A stretch of 41,344 nucleotides of DNA from a virus (IMGVR_UViG_3300035676_000021:1-41344), one strand, 5' to 3'. Numbered from the stretch's first letter, positions 29,856-39,929 are shown. Notes: generated by a model from the sequence alone, not told the origin. Translations and numbers: made by a program.

Positions 29856-30433
29856 TAAAAATACTCCGGAAATACAAAACTTAAAACTTTATCAGTCACA
29901 TCACTAATAGTTGTGGGAATTAGTTTGGTTTTTGGTTCTACTATAGATACTCCACCCTTAGCCCTCAATATAAAGGGACCTCCAGTTCCAATGAACATTT
30001 TATATCTTGCTCCAATGGCAACTTGAGATCCTTCTATTTTTATATTGTCTGAAGCATCAATATCTATATCATTGTTTGATCGAATTGAGACTCCACCAGA
30101 ATCAGAACCAGTTGATTCTATAATTATATCTCTTGCTGTTAGTCTTATAGTTCCTGATCCAGCATCAATAACTATTTCATCTCCTGTACTTTTTACATGT
30201 AATCCAAGTTTGGATTGACTTAAAATATTATCAGGTTTTTGTTTTTTACTGCCTCTATTGCTCCTAAGTTCAAATCCCCCATCTTCAAACAATCTTAATG
30301 CTGCTAATGAGGATGATGATATTTGAATTTGTCTTGATCTATTTACACCCTCATCCTTTCCTATAGAAATAGTTCCATAATCTGGATCATTAATAACATA
30401 CCCCTTAGGGGGTGGTGAATAATTATCGCTCAT
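29855..30433 (-). CDS. gp5 C-terminal-like beta-helix needle protein
   Basis: Short I.I.(S/A) beta repeats (DIIIES, DIDIDA, NIKIEG) directly downstream of the gp5-like gene. Confidence 0.65.
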   Translation of the reverse strand: MSDNYSPPPKGYVINDPDYGTISIGKDEGVNRSRQIQISSSSLAALRLFEDGGFELRSNRGSKKQKPDNILSQSKLGLHVKSTGDEIVIDAGSGTIRLTARDIIIESTGSDSGGVSIRSNNDIDIDASDNIKIEGSQVAIGARYKMFIGTGGPFILRAKGGVSIVEPKTKLIPTTISDVTDKVLSFVFPEYF

Positions 30434-32559
30434 GGATCTTCAGCACAATATATTACAGTTTTTGGATCAGTTACTGTAGAAATACCTGAAATTTGTTTGA
30501 AAATTAAAGCAGGGATAAGAATTGCCCCTGATCCAGTGTCACTATTTATTTGTAGATTTGGAGTAATGTTTATTGAATCTCCAGGATTTACTATATCAAT
30601 ATCAATAATTCTACCATCATCATCTGTTATTGGATATATTTCTACATTATTATCACATGCAGCATCATAGATTTTATCTGTAGATTTATATCCCAAACCA
30701 GTATTTTCTATAATTACTCTACTGATTGTTCCAGTAACTGCTAATCCAGATTCATCAAATGGATTTGTCTTACATGGATTGGTACTTGTAGATGGTCCAA
30801 GGTATCCAGATCCTGGATAATACATAACAACATCAGTGATTCCAATTGTAGTATTGCCAATTCCAGATTCACCAGTACCAAATATACCAGTTCCAGATCC
30901 ATCACTTCCAGAAGTGCTTCCAATTCCACTGCGTTTTACCTTGCCAATATTAGCAATTCCATATGCACCTCTACCATTATTGCATGGATCTTCAAATCTA
31001 ACATAAGGAGGTTCAACATATCCATATCCTGGATTTGTAATATTTACTCCAAGAATTCCTCCAAGTGAATCAACAACAGCATTTCCAGTTGCTCCAGATC
31101 CACCTCCACCAAAAATAGAAACTTTAGGTGGTCCACACTCAAAACTAAAGACATTACAACCTGCAATCAGAGATCCAGCTTCTGCTAGAGCTGGATCTAG
31201 ACCCCCCTCAAATCCTCCAAGGAATTTGGAAACATTACCATCAGCATCTGATAGTAAATTAGATACTCCTTGAGATGGTGAAAATGATATTGCTTTTTGG
31301 AAATTCTCTATAGATCCTTTAGGAATAAATCCAACATTCATTTCATAATCATAAACTTCTTTACATGGATTGTCATCACAGAGTAGAAAATTGAGTGCAC
31401 CTTTTGCATATCCAATTGCTTTATTTACATATGAAAGTACTGTTCCAATTGGACCAACAATAGAAGAAGCTTGATCTAAAATAGAACCTAAAGCATCTGC
31501 AATTTCATTTGTAATTGTTTGTATTATACTTCCAATAAATGCCTCTGCAGCACAAAGTGGTAAAGAAACTACATTTCCAATTAAACCAAATAGAAAATTA
31601 GTTACATATGAAGTAATTTTTTTTAAAATTTTTCCAATTGCACACCAAATTCCATCAGTAAGTTCTCCTACTGCTGCTTGCTTTAATTTTTCTGCCCATG
31701 ATGGGAGTTTAATTTGATCTAATAACAGTTTTAACTTATTATAAATTTCATTGATCAAAAAGTCTCTAGCTAATTTAATTTTATCTGATATCCAATCTGT
31801 TATTAAAACTCCTATCAGTCTTATTTCATCATCTATATTTGAAATTGTATTTAGAATTGGATTAACAAATCCATTTGCTACTTGATTAACTGTATTTAAT
31901 GTTTTAATTAAATTTGTTAGTCCCTGTAGTATTTTACCAAACCCAGTTCCAGCATCTTTACAATGTCCTGGTCTATTTACTATTGGGGATTGATCTAAAG
32001 TTTCTGTTGTTGCTGAAGGTTTCATACTACCATCAACAGCAGCTGCCTTTCCTGCAGGATCAACTACTCCATTTCCAGATGTGGCAGATTTATTTGATCC
32101 AGTTTGAGTTACTGATGCTCTAGTCTGTGAAGATACTGGTTTATTATATGGGTTTAATGGTGATGTTTCTGGTTGAAATAATTTAAATTTTTTGCTACCA
32201 TCTGCAAATTTTGCAGGAAATTCTGTTTCAGATCCATTATAAAATGCACCTATGATAATAGGTTGTTGTCCATCATCACCATCAGCAAAAAATCCAACAA
32301 CCAAACTAGATTCTTTAATGTGACCCTGCATCATTGCACCATGGGTTCCAGATCCCATAGTTAATGGAACAAGAACATGTGCCCAAGGGAGATCACTATC
32401 TGCTATTTGATCGCCATGATATCCAAGAATTCTAACTCTAGCTCTTGTTCCATTTTGATTATATTGATCTACTCCCCCCTTAGCAACTAATCCAAGGAAC
32501 CATTTAAACCCATCTCTACCAATGAAATGAGGGTCAACTAAAGTCTGTTCAAGCATCAT
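30430..32559 (-). CDS. gp5: Baseplate hub subunit gp5-like (OB-fold; no lysozyme domain recognised)
   Basis: F.WFLG.V, R.RVRILGYH, DLPWAHV and VVGFFADG..GQQPIIIG motifs of the gp5 OB-fold. Confidence 0.85.
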   Translation of the reverse strand: MMLEQTLVDPHFIGRDGFKWFLGLVAKGGVDQYNQNGTRARVRILGYHGDQIADSDLPWAHVLVPLTMGSGTHGAMMQGHIKESSLVVGFFADGDDGQQPIIIGAFYNGSETEFPAKFADGSKKFKLFQPETSPLNPYNKPVSSQTRASVTQTGSNKSATSGNGVVDPAGKAAAVDGSMKPSATTETLDQSPIVNRPGHCKDAGTGFGKILQGLTNLIKTLNTVNQVANGFVNPILNTISNIDDEIRLIGVLITDWISDKIKLARDFLINEIYNKLKLLLDQIKLPSWAEKLKQAAVGELTDGIWCAIGKILKKITSYVTNFLFGLIGNVVSLPLCAAEAFIGSIIQTITNEIADALGSILDQASSIVGPIGTVLSYVNKAIGYAKGALNFLLCDDNPCKEVYDYEMNVGFIPKGSIENFQKAISFSPSQGVSNLLSDADGNVSKFLGGFEGGLDPALAEAGSLIAGCNVFSFECGPPKVSIFGGGGSGATGNAVVDSLGGILGVNITNPGYGYVEPPYVRFEDPCNNGRGAYGIANIGKVKRSGIGSTSGSDGSGTGIFGTGESGIGNTTIGITDVVMYYPGSGYLGPSTSTNPCKTNPFDESGLAVTGTISRVIIENTGLGYKSTDKIYDAACDNNVEIYPITDDDGRIIDIDIVNPGDSINITPNLQINSDTGSGAILIPALIFKQISGISTVTDPKTVIYCAEDP

Positions 32560-32765
32560 ACGTCATATACCTTACATTCTGGAGCATCAGGATTACTATC
32601 ACAATACATTTCCAAGTATGTTGGGCACTCATCTATCTCTGGATGATTTTCATGATATGCATTCAGCATACTTAGTTCATCTTCCAAATGCCTTTTACGT
32701 TGCTTATTTATTTGGACATTATCTAATTCGTTTTCAATATTTGAAATTTGTTTGTTGATTTCCAT
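32556..32765 (-). CDS. cp12: CP12 Calvin-cycle inhibitor (auxiliary metabolic gene); likely start at MEINK
   Basis: RHLEDEL and C-terminal LEMYCDSNPDAPECKVYD CP12 signature. Confidence 0.9.
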   Translation of the reverse strand: MEINKQISNIENELDNVQINKQRKRHLEDELSMLNAYHENHPEIDECPTYLEMYCDSNPDAPECKVYDV

Positions 32766-32769
32766 CTTT

Positions 32770-34107
32770 TTAAACCCCATAGGAGTCTCTAACTACCTTT
32801 AATCCAGTGAATCCTTGATTTTGAGACATTTCATGACACAATTCTTTAATTAAATACAATCCAGATTTTATGTCATCCCTCAAACCTTTGTTAGAATTGT
32901 CTTTTGTTATATTCCCAAAATCTAAATTAACAACATCTCCAACGGATAAGGTTAAGTTTAGTGGTACAGTTATATTTAACACTTGACTGAATGCTAAATT
33001 ATATCTTGCTATAGATTGTGATTGATATTTAATTCTATTATCTTCTTTTTTTAATGGATCAGAATTTACCTTTGGATCTGCTACAATACTATCAATTAAT
33101 TTTACCATTAATCTTGATGGATTGTCTTGTAAGTTCAAAGGAATTTCTGGTTTTTCATTTTTGCTGGAAGTATGCTTCATTGATTCATAACTTTCTGATA
33201 GTTTGTATTCATAAGTTTCAGAAGTTTTTGTATTCAAATCAAAGAATACATTAGCACTTGAATACATACCAATTCTCATGTTTTCAAATACATTAACATT
33301 TTTTTCAAACACAGGAATTGTTAATATTTTTTTGTTCTGTGATATATTTGCAGCACTATTTACAACTTCTGAATATGAATATCTTTGTGCTGCCTTAGCT
33401 TCAGTTGAGTTTGGATCTAATCCCTTCAATAAATTATCTAAACTTCTGAAGTGATATCCTCTTTTATTTTCATAGAATAAAAATCCTGCTGTTCCTTTTA
33501 CTGGAGATGACTTTGCAATTGCTGGTATTGATTTGGGAGCTAACCAAGTCAATACAGTGAATGGTTTTTTTGTGTTTCCATAAAAGGCATAAGAGTTTTG
33601 AGTCTTTTCTATAAATTTTTTCTTGGAAGTTTTTAATACAGTATTCAATATCTCAGTTACTGATTTATCAATACTTTGATTTTTATATTTTCCAGAAACT
33701 CTGATGGTTTCATTTTTAAAAACTTCAGTGGGAGCTAGATCTATAGTTACAACTTCTTTTGTTGATTGAGTTGTGGATCCACTAATTTTATAGATGTAAT
33801 ATGGAGATGTTGTTTCATCTAAAAATATAAGATCTTTTGTTGCCTCTTGCTCTATCTTTAAACTTATTCTTTCCCCACCTCTCAGACCATATTTTTGCTT
33901 CTGACTTTTACCATCCTTTCCTTTTGAAAATGTAGTCAATAAACCATCAGTATTAACTAGTAACAGTCTAACAAAAACTGCTGGAGAAAATAAATCCTCA
34001 AAATATTGAACACTAGCAACACATTGAGTCATATCAAAGACATTCTCTCCAGAATATGACTCTACTAAAAATTGTCTAATTTTATAATTAAAATATGATC
34101 CTTCCAT
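32770..34107 (-). CDS. Baseplate hub protein (gp27-like)
   Basis: YFEDLFSP, GGE.I.LKI, GFLFYEN..GYHFRSLD, L.VGDVV and SGLYLIKELCH motifs; located upstream of gp5. Confidence 0.7.
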   Translation of the reverse strand: MEGSYFNYKIRQFLVESYSGENVFDMTQCVASVQYFEDLFSPAVFVRLLLVNTDGLLTTFSKGKDGKSQKQKYGLRGGERISLKIEQEATKDLIFLDETTSPYYIYKISGSTTQSTKEVVTIDLAPTEVFKNETIRVSGKYKNQSIDKSVTEILNTVLKTSKKKFIEKTQNSYAFYGNTKKPFTVLTWLAPKSIPAIAKSSPVKGTAGFLFYENKRGYHFRSLDNLLKGLDPNSTEAKAAQRYSYSEVVNSAANISQNKKILTIPVFEKNVNVFENMRIGMYSSANVFFDLNTKTSETYEYKLSESYESMKHTSSKNEKPEIPLNLQDNPSRLMVKLIDSIVADPKVNSDPLKKEDNRIKYQSQSIARYNLAFSQVLNITVPLNLTLSVGDVVNLDFGNITKDNSNKGLRDDIKSGLYLIKELCHEMSQNQGFTGLKVVRDSYGV

Positions 34108-36143
34108 TATTTTAATAGGTTGAGGAGTACTCTCTTATAAAAACTATTTAACACTTGATCTTCTGATGGTCCCATAATCATAGGGGGAGTGGGAGATTGT
34201 TGCATTATTTGAGGTTGTGTTTGTTGTGGAACAGTAAATGGTAAAGGTATTATTTGTCCTGCCTGTGATCTGGAATCATATGAAGGATATGTTGCAAGTG
34301 TTGGTCTCGTTGGGGGTGTGGGAACATCTATATAACTTTCAATTATTGGATCTGAAATAGCATATGAAGAAGTTTCAGGTTCCATAGGTCTTGGAATTGA
34401 CCTTTGTGGTTGTGCTATTGCAGGTGTTGAAGTTGATCTTTGTGGTTGTGGTCTTACTGGAGTTGGAGATTGTCTTGGTGTTGGAGTTGAAGCAGATTTT
34501 GATTTAGATTCTAAATTATAAAAATCATTCATGAATGCTCTTACTTTTGCAGACCCTGCATATTCTTTTGCACCAATAGCACCACTTCCTCCCCATTGAC
34601 TTCCAGGAACATCAAAAGCACGTCCCTCATAATGAGCAGATCCTGCTGTATGTCCTGAGGATACTCCAAGTTCTGTTACAATAATTCCCTTACTTTGTAG
34701 GAAATTATATGCTCTTCTTGCAGTTTCAGCATCTTTGAATGCCAAATGATCATGATAATTAGACACTGTTCCATGTGATGGATCATATGCTCCTCCTGGA
34801 GCATTTGGATCTCCTGTCAAATATTGAGAAAAGGATGCTTGATTTGTAAACTCATACCCTGCTGCTGAAATTGGACTTGACCCTCCACCTAAGTCTTCAA
34901 TTTTTGCTGCTGTTTCTTTCACTTGAGAATCACTCATTCCCATACTACCTACAAATCCTTTAGAAAATTCTTCAAACTTATTCACAACTCTTTCATATCC
35001 AAATAAAGTTTTTCTAAAAGATAGTATTTGACCACTTTCCTTTTTAGACTCTACTAATTTCTTTTGCTCTTCAGTTTTCTGCTTTAATTTGTCTTTACCA
35101 TTTTTCCCAAAAATAGTTCCATCAAAAGCACCAAACTCTCTTGCCAAATCAACACCAAGAGCTGCCCATCCAATAACTGGGATTGCACTTACAGCAGAAA
35201 GAATGCCACCAACAACATCACCTTCACTAAACCTATAAGCAGAAAGACCTATGTTGAGTGCAGTTCCCAGTAAGGGGATTGCCCTACCTCCAATGCCTGC
35301 TGCCTTTGCTGCAATGGATCCTCCTGCTCTGGTTGAAACTGATCCTGCCACTCCAGTAGCAGCAGATGCACCACCTCTTGATGCAAATCTATTTGCAACA
35401 TTTTGGGCAGCTCCACCCAATTTTTCTGCAGTGGAAGGAGTTCCTGGAAGTGCTACAGGAAAAGCTGCTCTTGCTCCAGGAGTTTGCATAAAAGCACCTG
35501 CCTGAAATTGTCTAGCACCTAATCCAATATTGGATCTTATACCAGCAGTTCCAGTGGGACTACCAACTCTCCCCAATCTTGATGTAATCCCCCCAAAAAC
35601 AGTTCTATTTCCTGTTGTTGGTGGAACAAATGCTCTTCCAGAAGCAGTCCCTTGATTAGAAGTTCCACCACCCCTCATCATACCAATCCCACCTTTAATG
35701 GCAGAAGGTCCAAATAATAATCCAGCAGCAACCAATCCTGGACCAATAGCATCAATCAAATTTCCATTTTTTAACTTTGTAAATGCATTCAATGCTGCTA
35801 ATCCAGCCATCATTTTCAAAGGATCACCGACACCCCCTGCAGTAAATAAACTTCCTGTATATTTTTTAATGTCTGGGGGTTTAATTTTTACCTTTTTCTT
35901 TTCAGAAAACCTTTTATCATTTTGTTTTTGAATAGAATCTAATCTTTTTTTATACCTGTTAAGAACTACTAACTGAGTTTTCTTTTGATATGTTCCTTTC
36001 TCAAATACCTTTTTTAGTTTTGTTGAAGACTTTTTTATTTCAACAGAAGATTCTACAATAGTACTAAAATTACCAAGCTTAGTAATCTTAGGTATAAGGT
36101 TTGGTTCTATTTTAGGTTTGTTTAAAAGGATTTGAGGATTCAT
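34107..36143 (-). CDS. Tape-measure/hub-associated protein with M15-like Zn peptidase motifs
   Basis: Gly/Ala amphipathic segments (IPLLGTALNIG, IPVIGWAALG); SAHYEGRAFD and YHDH motifs; Pro/Gln-rich tail. Confidence 0.65.
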   Translation of the reverse strand: MNPQILLNKPKIEPNLIPKITKLGNFSTIVESSVEIKKSSTKLKKVFEKGTYQKKTQLVVLNRYKKRLDSIQKQNDKRFSEKKKVKIKPPDIKKYTGSLFTAGGVGDPLKMMAGLAALNAFTKLKNGNLIDAIGPGLVAAGLLFGPSAIKGGIGMMRGGGTSNQGTASGRAFVPPTTGNRTVFGGITSRLGRVGSPTGTAGIRSNIGLGARQFQAGAFMQTPGARAAFPVALPGTPSTAEKLGGAAQNVANRFASRGGASAATGVAGSVSTRAGGSIAAKAAGIGGRAIPLLGTALNIGLSAYRFSEGDVVGGILSAVSAIPVIGWAALGVDLAREFGAFDGTIFGKNGKDKLKQKTEEQKKLVESKKESGQILSFRKTLFGYERVVNKFEEFSKGFVGSMGMSDSQVKETAAKIEDLGGGSSPISAAGYEFTNQASFSQYLTGDPNAPGGAYDPSHGTVSNYHDHLAFKDAETARRAYNFLQSKGIIVTELGVSSGHTAGSAHYEGRAFDVPGSQWGGSGAIGAKEYAGSAKVRAFMNDFYNLESKSKSASTPTPRQSPTPVRPQPQRSTSTPAIAQPQRSIPRPMEPETSSYAISDPIIESYIDVPTPPTRPTLATYPSYDSRSQAGQIIPLPFTVPQQTQPQIMQQSPTPPMIMGPSEDQVLNSFYKRVLLNLLK

Positions 36144-36146
36144 TTA

Positions 36147-37823
36147 TCAAACAATTTGATAGGATATTTTTGAATGCATTGTAAAAATATTTTCAGAATA
36201 TCCAGTTGAAATTACTGGTACAATATCATTACTTTCTGATGAAGTGGAAGTTGGTTGTGATGATTTTTTAGGGGGTGTTGGTATTGGTAGAAATGTTGGA
36301 TTGGATGTTTGTGGTGGTATATTTGGTTCTGCCCTTCTTGGAACAGTAACTTGAGGTTGTTGTGGTGTTGATATAGAATTATATTGCTGCATCTTTCCTT
36401 TAAATAATTCATTAAACTCACTTCCATATTTTTGAAGTCCAGTAAATTGACTCTCTTCCAATCTTGCTTTTACTGCAGATGGATTCTTTTTTAACTCTTC
36501 AACTATTGCACTTTCATTTCCACCCAATACATTTATAATATGTCCTCTAGTAATTTTGTCCTGATTTTCTGGACTAAATTTATCTCTATCAGGATCTAAA
36601 CCAACTGCTCTTGCTCTTTCTACCAAATATTGTGGTTTTTGTTGATATCTTCCTACAGGACCAGTTGCTTTCCTTGCAACTTCAGATATAGTCATATCAG
36701 TTGCTCCAGGCAATGTTGTGCTTGGATACATAGCTTCATAATTTCCTCCAGATTCTGGGGAAGAAATTAAATCCATAAGACTTTTCATTTCTGGTGCAGC
36801 ATTTCCAGAAATTGGTACAGTGGTTCCAGGTGGAGTTGAAGATGGTGGTCTAGAATTAGATGGTTTTTGGATTGAAGTTTCTTTTTGTTTTGCTAAAAGA
36901 AAGTCCAGTGCCTTTTCAAATTTTTCATTCAGTGCTTGAAATTTTCTCAAATCATCTTGAGGAACTGAAAGTATATTTCCTGGTTCAACTAATGACTTTT
37001 GTTGTTGAGTCAACTCTTCCAATCTATTTTGATTTTGATCCTCTGCCCCACCTTTATTAAACAAACTACTTGCCAGACCAATCCCACCAGCAACAAGTCC
37101 AGCCTTTCCTGCAAATTTTCCAAACTTACTTAAAGAACTTCCACCAGATGCTGCTCCTGCTGCAGCAGATCCTGGAACTGCAGAACCTGCTTTACCAAAT
37201 CCCAACAATCCTCTTCCAAAACTTTTAGCTATAGATAGACCAACAGCACCTCCAATTGCTGGAAGATATGTTATACCTATCCCAAGAAGTGGTCCTATGA
37301 TTTTTGAAATGTCCCCACTCAAAAGAGCTTCAAGAAGATTGAACATTGCCAATCCTCTTATAGCACCACCAGTCCCACTGAAAAATGATCCTACATATTT
37401 CTTAATTCCACCAAGTAAATCTGTTTTCTTATCTCCTAATTCTTTCTTACCAAATATTCTTCCTCTATTTGCAATCCTTTTCCTATATTCATTTATTTCC
37501 TTTTGATTAGTTTCTTTAGAAGTTTTATAATCATCTGCTATAACTTGAAATATTTTTTCTAAATTATTTTTAGTCTGCTCAAGATTTAAAGTTATCTTAC
37601 CTAAAGCTGATATATCTTTTTGTGATGTTGTTAACTGATCATCATCTGCAGATGCTATTGGTTTTAATTTATTTACTATTTGTTGAGGAATAGATCTTTT
37701 TAAAGATATTGATATATTCCTAATATTAGGTACACCAAAAGATCCAGATCTATTTCTACGACTAGTGCCTGAAATAAATCTGGATGCCCTATTCCTAAAG
37801 TAATCAAAATCTTCTGGTGTCAT
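36147..37823 (-). CDS. Tape-measure/hub-associated protein with lambda-lysozyme-like lytic transglycosylase domain
   Basis: LMDLISSPESGGNY...GRYQ...FSPENQD matches lambda R-type motifs. Confidence 0.75.
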   Translation of the reverse strand: MTPEDFDYFRNRASRFISGTSRRNRSGSFGVPNIRNISISLKRSIPQQIVNKLKPIASADDDQLTTSQKDISALGKITLNLEQTKNNLEKIFQVIADDYKTSKETNQKEINEYRKRIANRGRIFGKKELGDKKTDLLGGIKKYVGSFFSGTGGAIRGLAMFNLLEALLSGDISKIIGPLLGIGITYLPAIGGAVGLSIAKSFGRGLLGFGKAGSAVPGSAAAGAASGGSSLSKFGKFAGKAGLVAGGIGLASSLFNKGGAEDQNQNRLEELTQQQKSLVEPGNILSVPQDDLRKFQALNEKFEKALDFLLAKQKETSIQKPSNSRPPSSTPPGTTVPISGNAAPEMKSLMDLISSPESGGNYEAMYPSTTLPGATDMTISEVARKATGPVGRYQQKPQYLVERARAVGLDPDRDKFSPENQDKITRGHIINVLGGNESAIVEELKKNPSAVKARLEESQFTGLQKYGSEFNELFKGKMQQYNSISTPQQPQVTVPRRAEPNIPPQTSNPTFLPIPTPPKKSSQPTSTSSESNDIVPVISTGYSENIFTMHSKISYQIV

Positions 37824-37999
37824 CTATTTGCCTTTTGTGCTTTTTCCTCTTCTTCTCTTATATGATTTTCAAGCAATGACAAATAAATTTCACGTTCCCA
37901 AGGAATCATATTTTCAACCTCAGTCAATGAGTATTTATGATACTGCATCAAGGCAAAATTAATTCTATAATAAGTTTCTAAGTCTTCATGACTTAGCAT
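37820..37999 (-). CDS. gp51: Baseplate hub assembly protein gp51-like (59 aa; not in ORF track)
   Basis: MLSHEDLETYYRINFALMQYHKYSLTEVENMIPWEREIYLSLLENHIREEEEKAQKANR, directly after gp26. Confidence 0.85.
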   Translation of the reverse strand: MLSHEDLETYYRINFALMQYHKYSLTEVENMIPWEREIYLSLLENHIREEEEKAQKANR

Positions 38000-38730
38000 T
38001 ATCCGAAAAAACTTGATAGACCTTCAAGAACAATTTCATTTTCAACTCCAGTTGTTGGATTTTTAACTACTAATGTGTGTGAAAGTTTTGGCATGGTGTT
38101 GAAAAATTCTTCAATGCCTTTAAATTGATTTGAATCAAATGTTTCTAACCATTCAATCATTTCTTTTTTAGTTACATCAGCAGCAGACCATGACTGCTCC
38201 TTTGTGTAAACCATATCAACACATGATGCAACAATGTCAAATGATTTATTGATAGTTTCTTTGCTTGTAACTTGATTTGAGAAATTAAAATTATTATCAA
38301 TGAATTCTTGAAGAGAAGGATACTTCATTTTAACAGTAATTGAGTCATCAATTGCAACATTATCAGTATGTCCTTCAGGAATTACAACTTCAATTTCATC
38401 TATGTTGACAGAAACATCAACTTGAGTTTGATTATCATCTGGACAAGTTACAATTAGTTCTACTATTTCACCAACTGATTTTGCCCTGATATTTAGAAAC
38501 AAATATTCAAGATCAAAACTTGGAAGGGTATCAACTTTAATTCCCCTTGTAAGAATGCATTCCTTAAGGGTAGTTTTAATAGCATTGGTTATTTCTTTTA
38601 AATCACCAGTCTCCATTGCAAGAATTAAAATTTTTTCTTCCTTGACTAAGAAAGGTCTGTACTTAACTGGTTTTTTTGTTGATGGTAGAATCAACTCATA
38701 TGTTGGAGTTACAACTTTAGGTAAAGGCAT
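37999..38730 (-). CDS. gp26: Baseplate hub subunit gp26
   Basis: MPLPK..PTYEL.LPST, YRPFLVKEEKIL, FDLEYLFLNIRAKSVGE and LEGLSSFF motifs. Confidence 0.92.
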   Translation of the reverse strand: MPLPKVVTPTYELILPSTKKPVKYRPFLVKEEKILILAMETGDLKEITNAIKTTLKECILTRGIKVDTLPSFDLEYLFLNIRAKSVGEIVELIVTCPDDNQTQVDVSVNIDEIEVVIPEGHTDNVAIDDSITVKMKYPSLQEFIDNNFNFSNQVTSKETINKSFDIVASCVDMVYTKEQSWSAADVTKKEMIEWLETFDSNQFKGIEEFFNTMPKLSHTLVVKNPTTGVENEIVLEGLSSFFG

Positions 38731-38756
38731 TTTGAAATATTAAATTCAGTTATAGT

Positions 38757-38764
38757 TATTTATT
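38757..38764 (-). promoter_or_regulatory. Late promoter AATAAATA
   Basis: Upstream of gp26. Confidence 0.7.
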
Positions 38765-39464
38765 TTGGTTCTACATACAGATTACCAATATTCTTTTGAA
38801 CAAAAAATCTATCATAATTAAAAGTAACTGTAGTTCTCAATACATTTGATTGCTCATATGATAATGGAACTGATATTAAATTTGTTGGGTATGCATTAAT
38901 CAATGTATATGTATATGTTTTGGGGTCATTTATACCACCCTCATATCCCCTCTTAGAAAGTCTTTGATCTGATGGTCTAAGATCTCTTTCAAATTTGACA
39001 ATATTAATATCACATTCATAAACACTAGGATAATTAAACTTATAATAAGACTCTGGTGCTACACCACCGTCTTTGCTTAATGGAGAAATTAAATTCATCC
39101 ACCCATCAAAAAATCTTAATACCTCATAATCATTTTTTATATAAAAACTTACATCAACAGGAGGATATATTCTTTTTGTTGGATATTGTTCAGTAACACC
39201 TTGCCTATCTCCAAACACACTTCCAAGTTCATATGATGACCCTGGAAGAACTGCTTCATATGCTAATAGAGATATTTCTTGAGTTTTATCAGTATTAAAT
39301 TTAAGAGTATTGGCAATCTTTTGAGCTTTAATATCTACTGCAAAAACTGATGTTAATGATAACTTTAAAAGATCTTTAATTACAGATCCTGTGTAACTTG
39401 CAGTTTTCCACAGTCCATCATTTATATATGGATTATTATTGTCTACTGGAAATGATGCTGGCAT
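38760..39464 (-). CDS. Tail-tube initiator gp54-like / tube-fold protein
   Basis: LPG...R.Y..V..SFY...FFDGWMN...NAYP..L..VPLSY...TVTFNY pattern and synteny. Confidence 0.65.
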   Translation of the reverse strand: MPASFPVDNNNPYINDGLWKTASYTGSVIKDLLKLSLTSVFAVDIKAQKIANTLKFNTDKTQEISLLAYEAVLPGSSYELGSVFGDRQGVTEQYPTKRIYPPVDVSFYIKNDYEVLRFFDGWMNLISPLSKDGGVAPESYYKFNYPSVYECDINIVKFERDLRPSDQRLSKRGYEGGINDPKTYTYTLINAYPTNLISVPLSYEQSNVLRTTVTFNYDRFFVQKNIGNLYVEPK

Positions 39465-39471
39465 CTAAATA
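39464..39471 (+). promoter_or_regulatory. Late promoter TCTAAATA
   Basis: ~24 nt upstream of the gp4 ATG. Confidence 0.6.
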
Positions 39472-39494
39472 CTTTGAGATCCTATATTATATGT

Positions 39495-39929
39495 ATGAGT
39501 TATAAAGGAATATATAAACCTTCATACCCACAAAAATATATTGGGGACCCAAAGAATATAATTTATAGGTCTCTGTGGGAAAGAAAGTTTATGGTATATT
39601 GTGACACAAATGAAAATATTTTAAAGTGGTCTTCTGAAGAAATATGGGTTCCTTATGTTTCCCCATTAGACAATAGAGTTCATAGATATTTTCCTGACTT
39701 TTTTATCAAATATAAAAACTCTTCTGGAATGATAAAGGAAAGTTTAATTGAAATTAAACCAAAGAGACAAGTGAATGGTCCTGACCTAAAGAAGAGAATG
39801 ACTCAAAAACAAATGTATGAAGTCAAAGAGTATGCTAAAAATCAAGCTAAGTGGAAAGCTGCAAAAGAATTTTGTGAAGATAGAAGATGGGAATTTCAAG
39901 TATTAACGGAGGATAATCTTGGCATATAA
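39495..39929 (+). CDS. gp4: Head completion nuclease gp4 (likely start MSYKG)
   Basis: YKG.YKP..P.KY.GD, YRSLWERKFM, WSSEE, YFPDF, EIKP and NQAKW motifs. Confidence 0.92.
   Translation: MSYKGIYKPSYPQKYIGDPKNIIYRSLWERKFMVYCDTNENILKWSSEEIWVPYVSPLDNRVHRYFPDFFIKYKNSSGMIKESLIEIKPKRQVNGPDLKKRMTQKQMYEVKEYAKNQAKWKAAKEFCEDRRWEFQVLTEDNLGI

Noticed and set aside
32766-32780. Longer cp12 start (MGFKK)
   Set aside because: Overlaps the upstream gene; the ATG at 32765 gives a more typical CP12 length.
39495-39929. TnsA-like transposase or homing endonuclease
   Set aside because: Motifs and synteny with gp2 and gp48 identify the core head-completion protein gp4.
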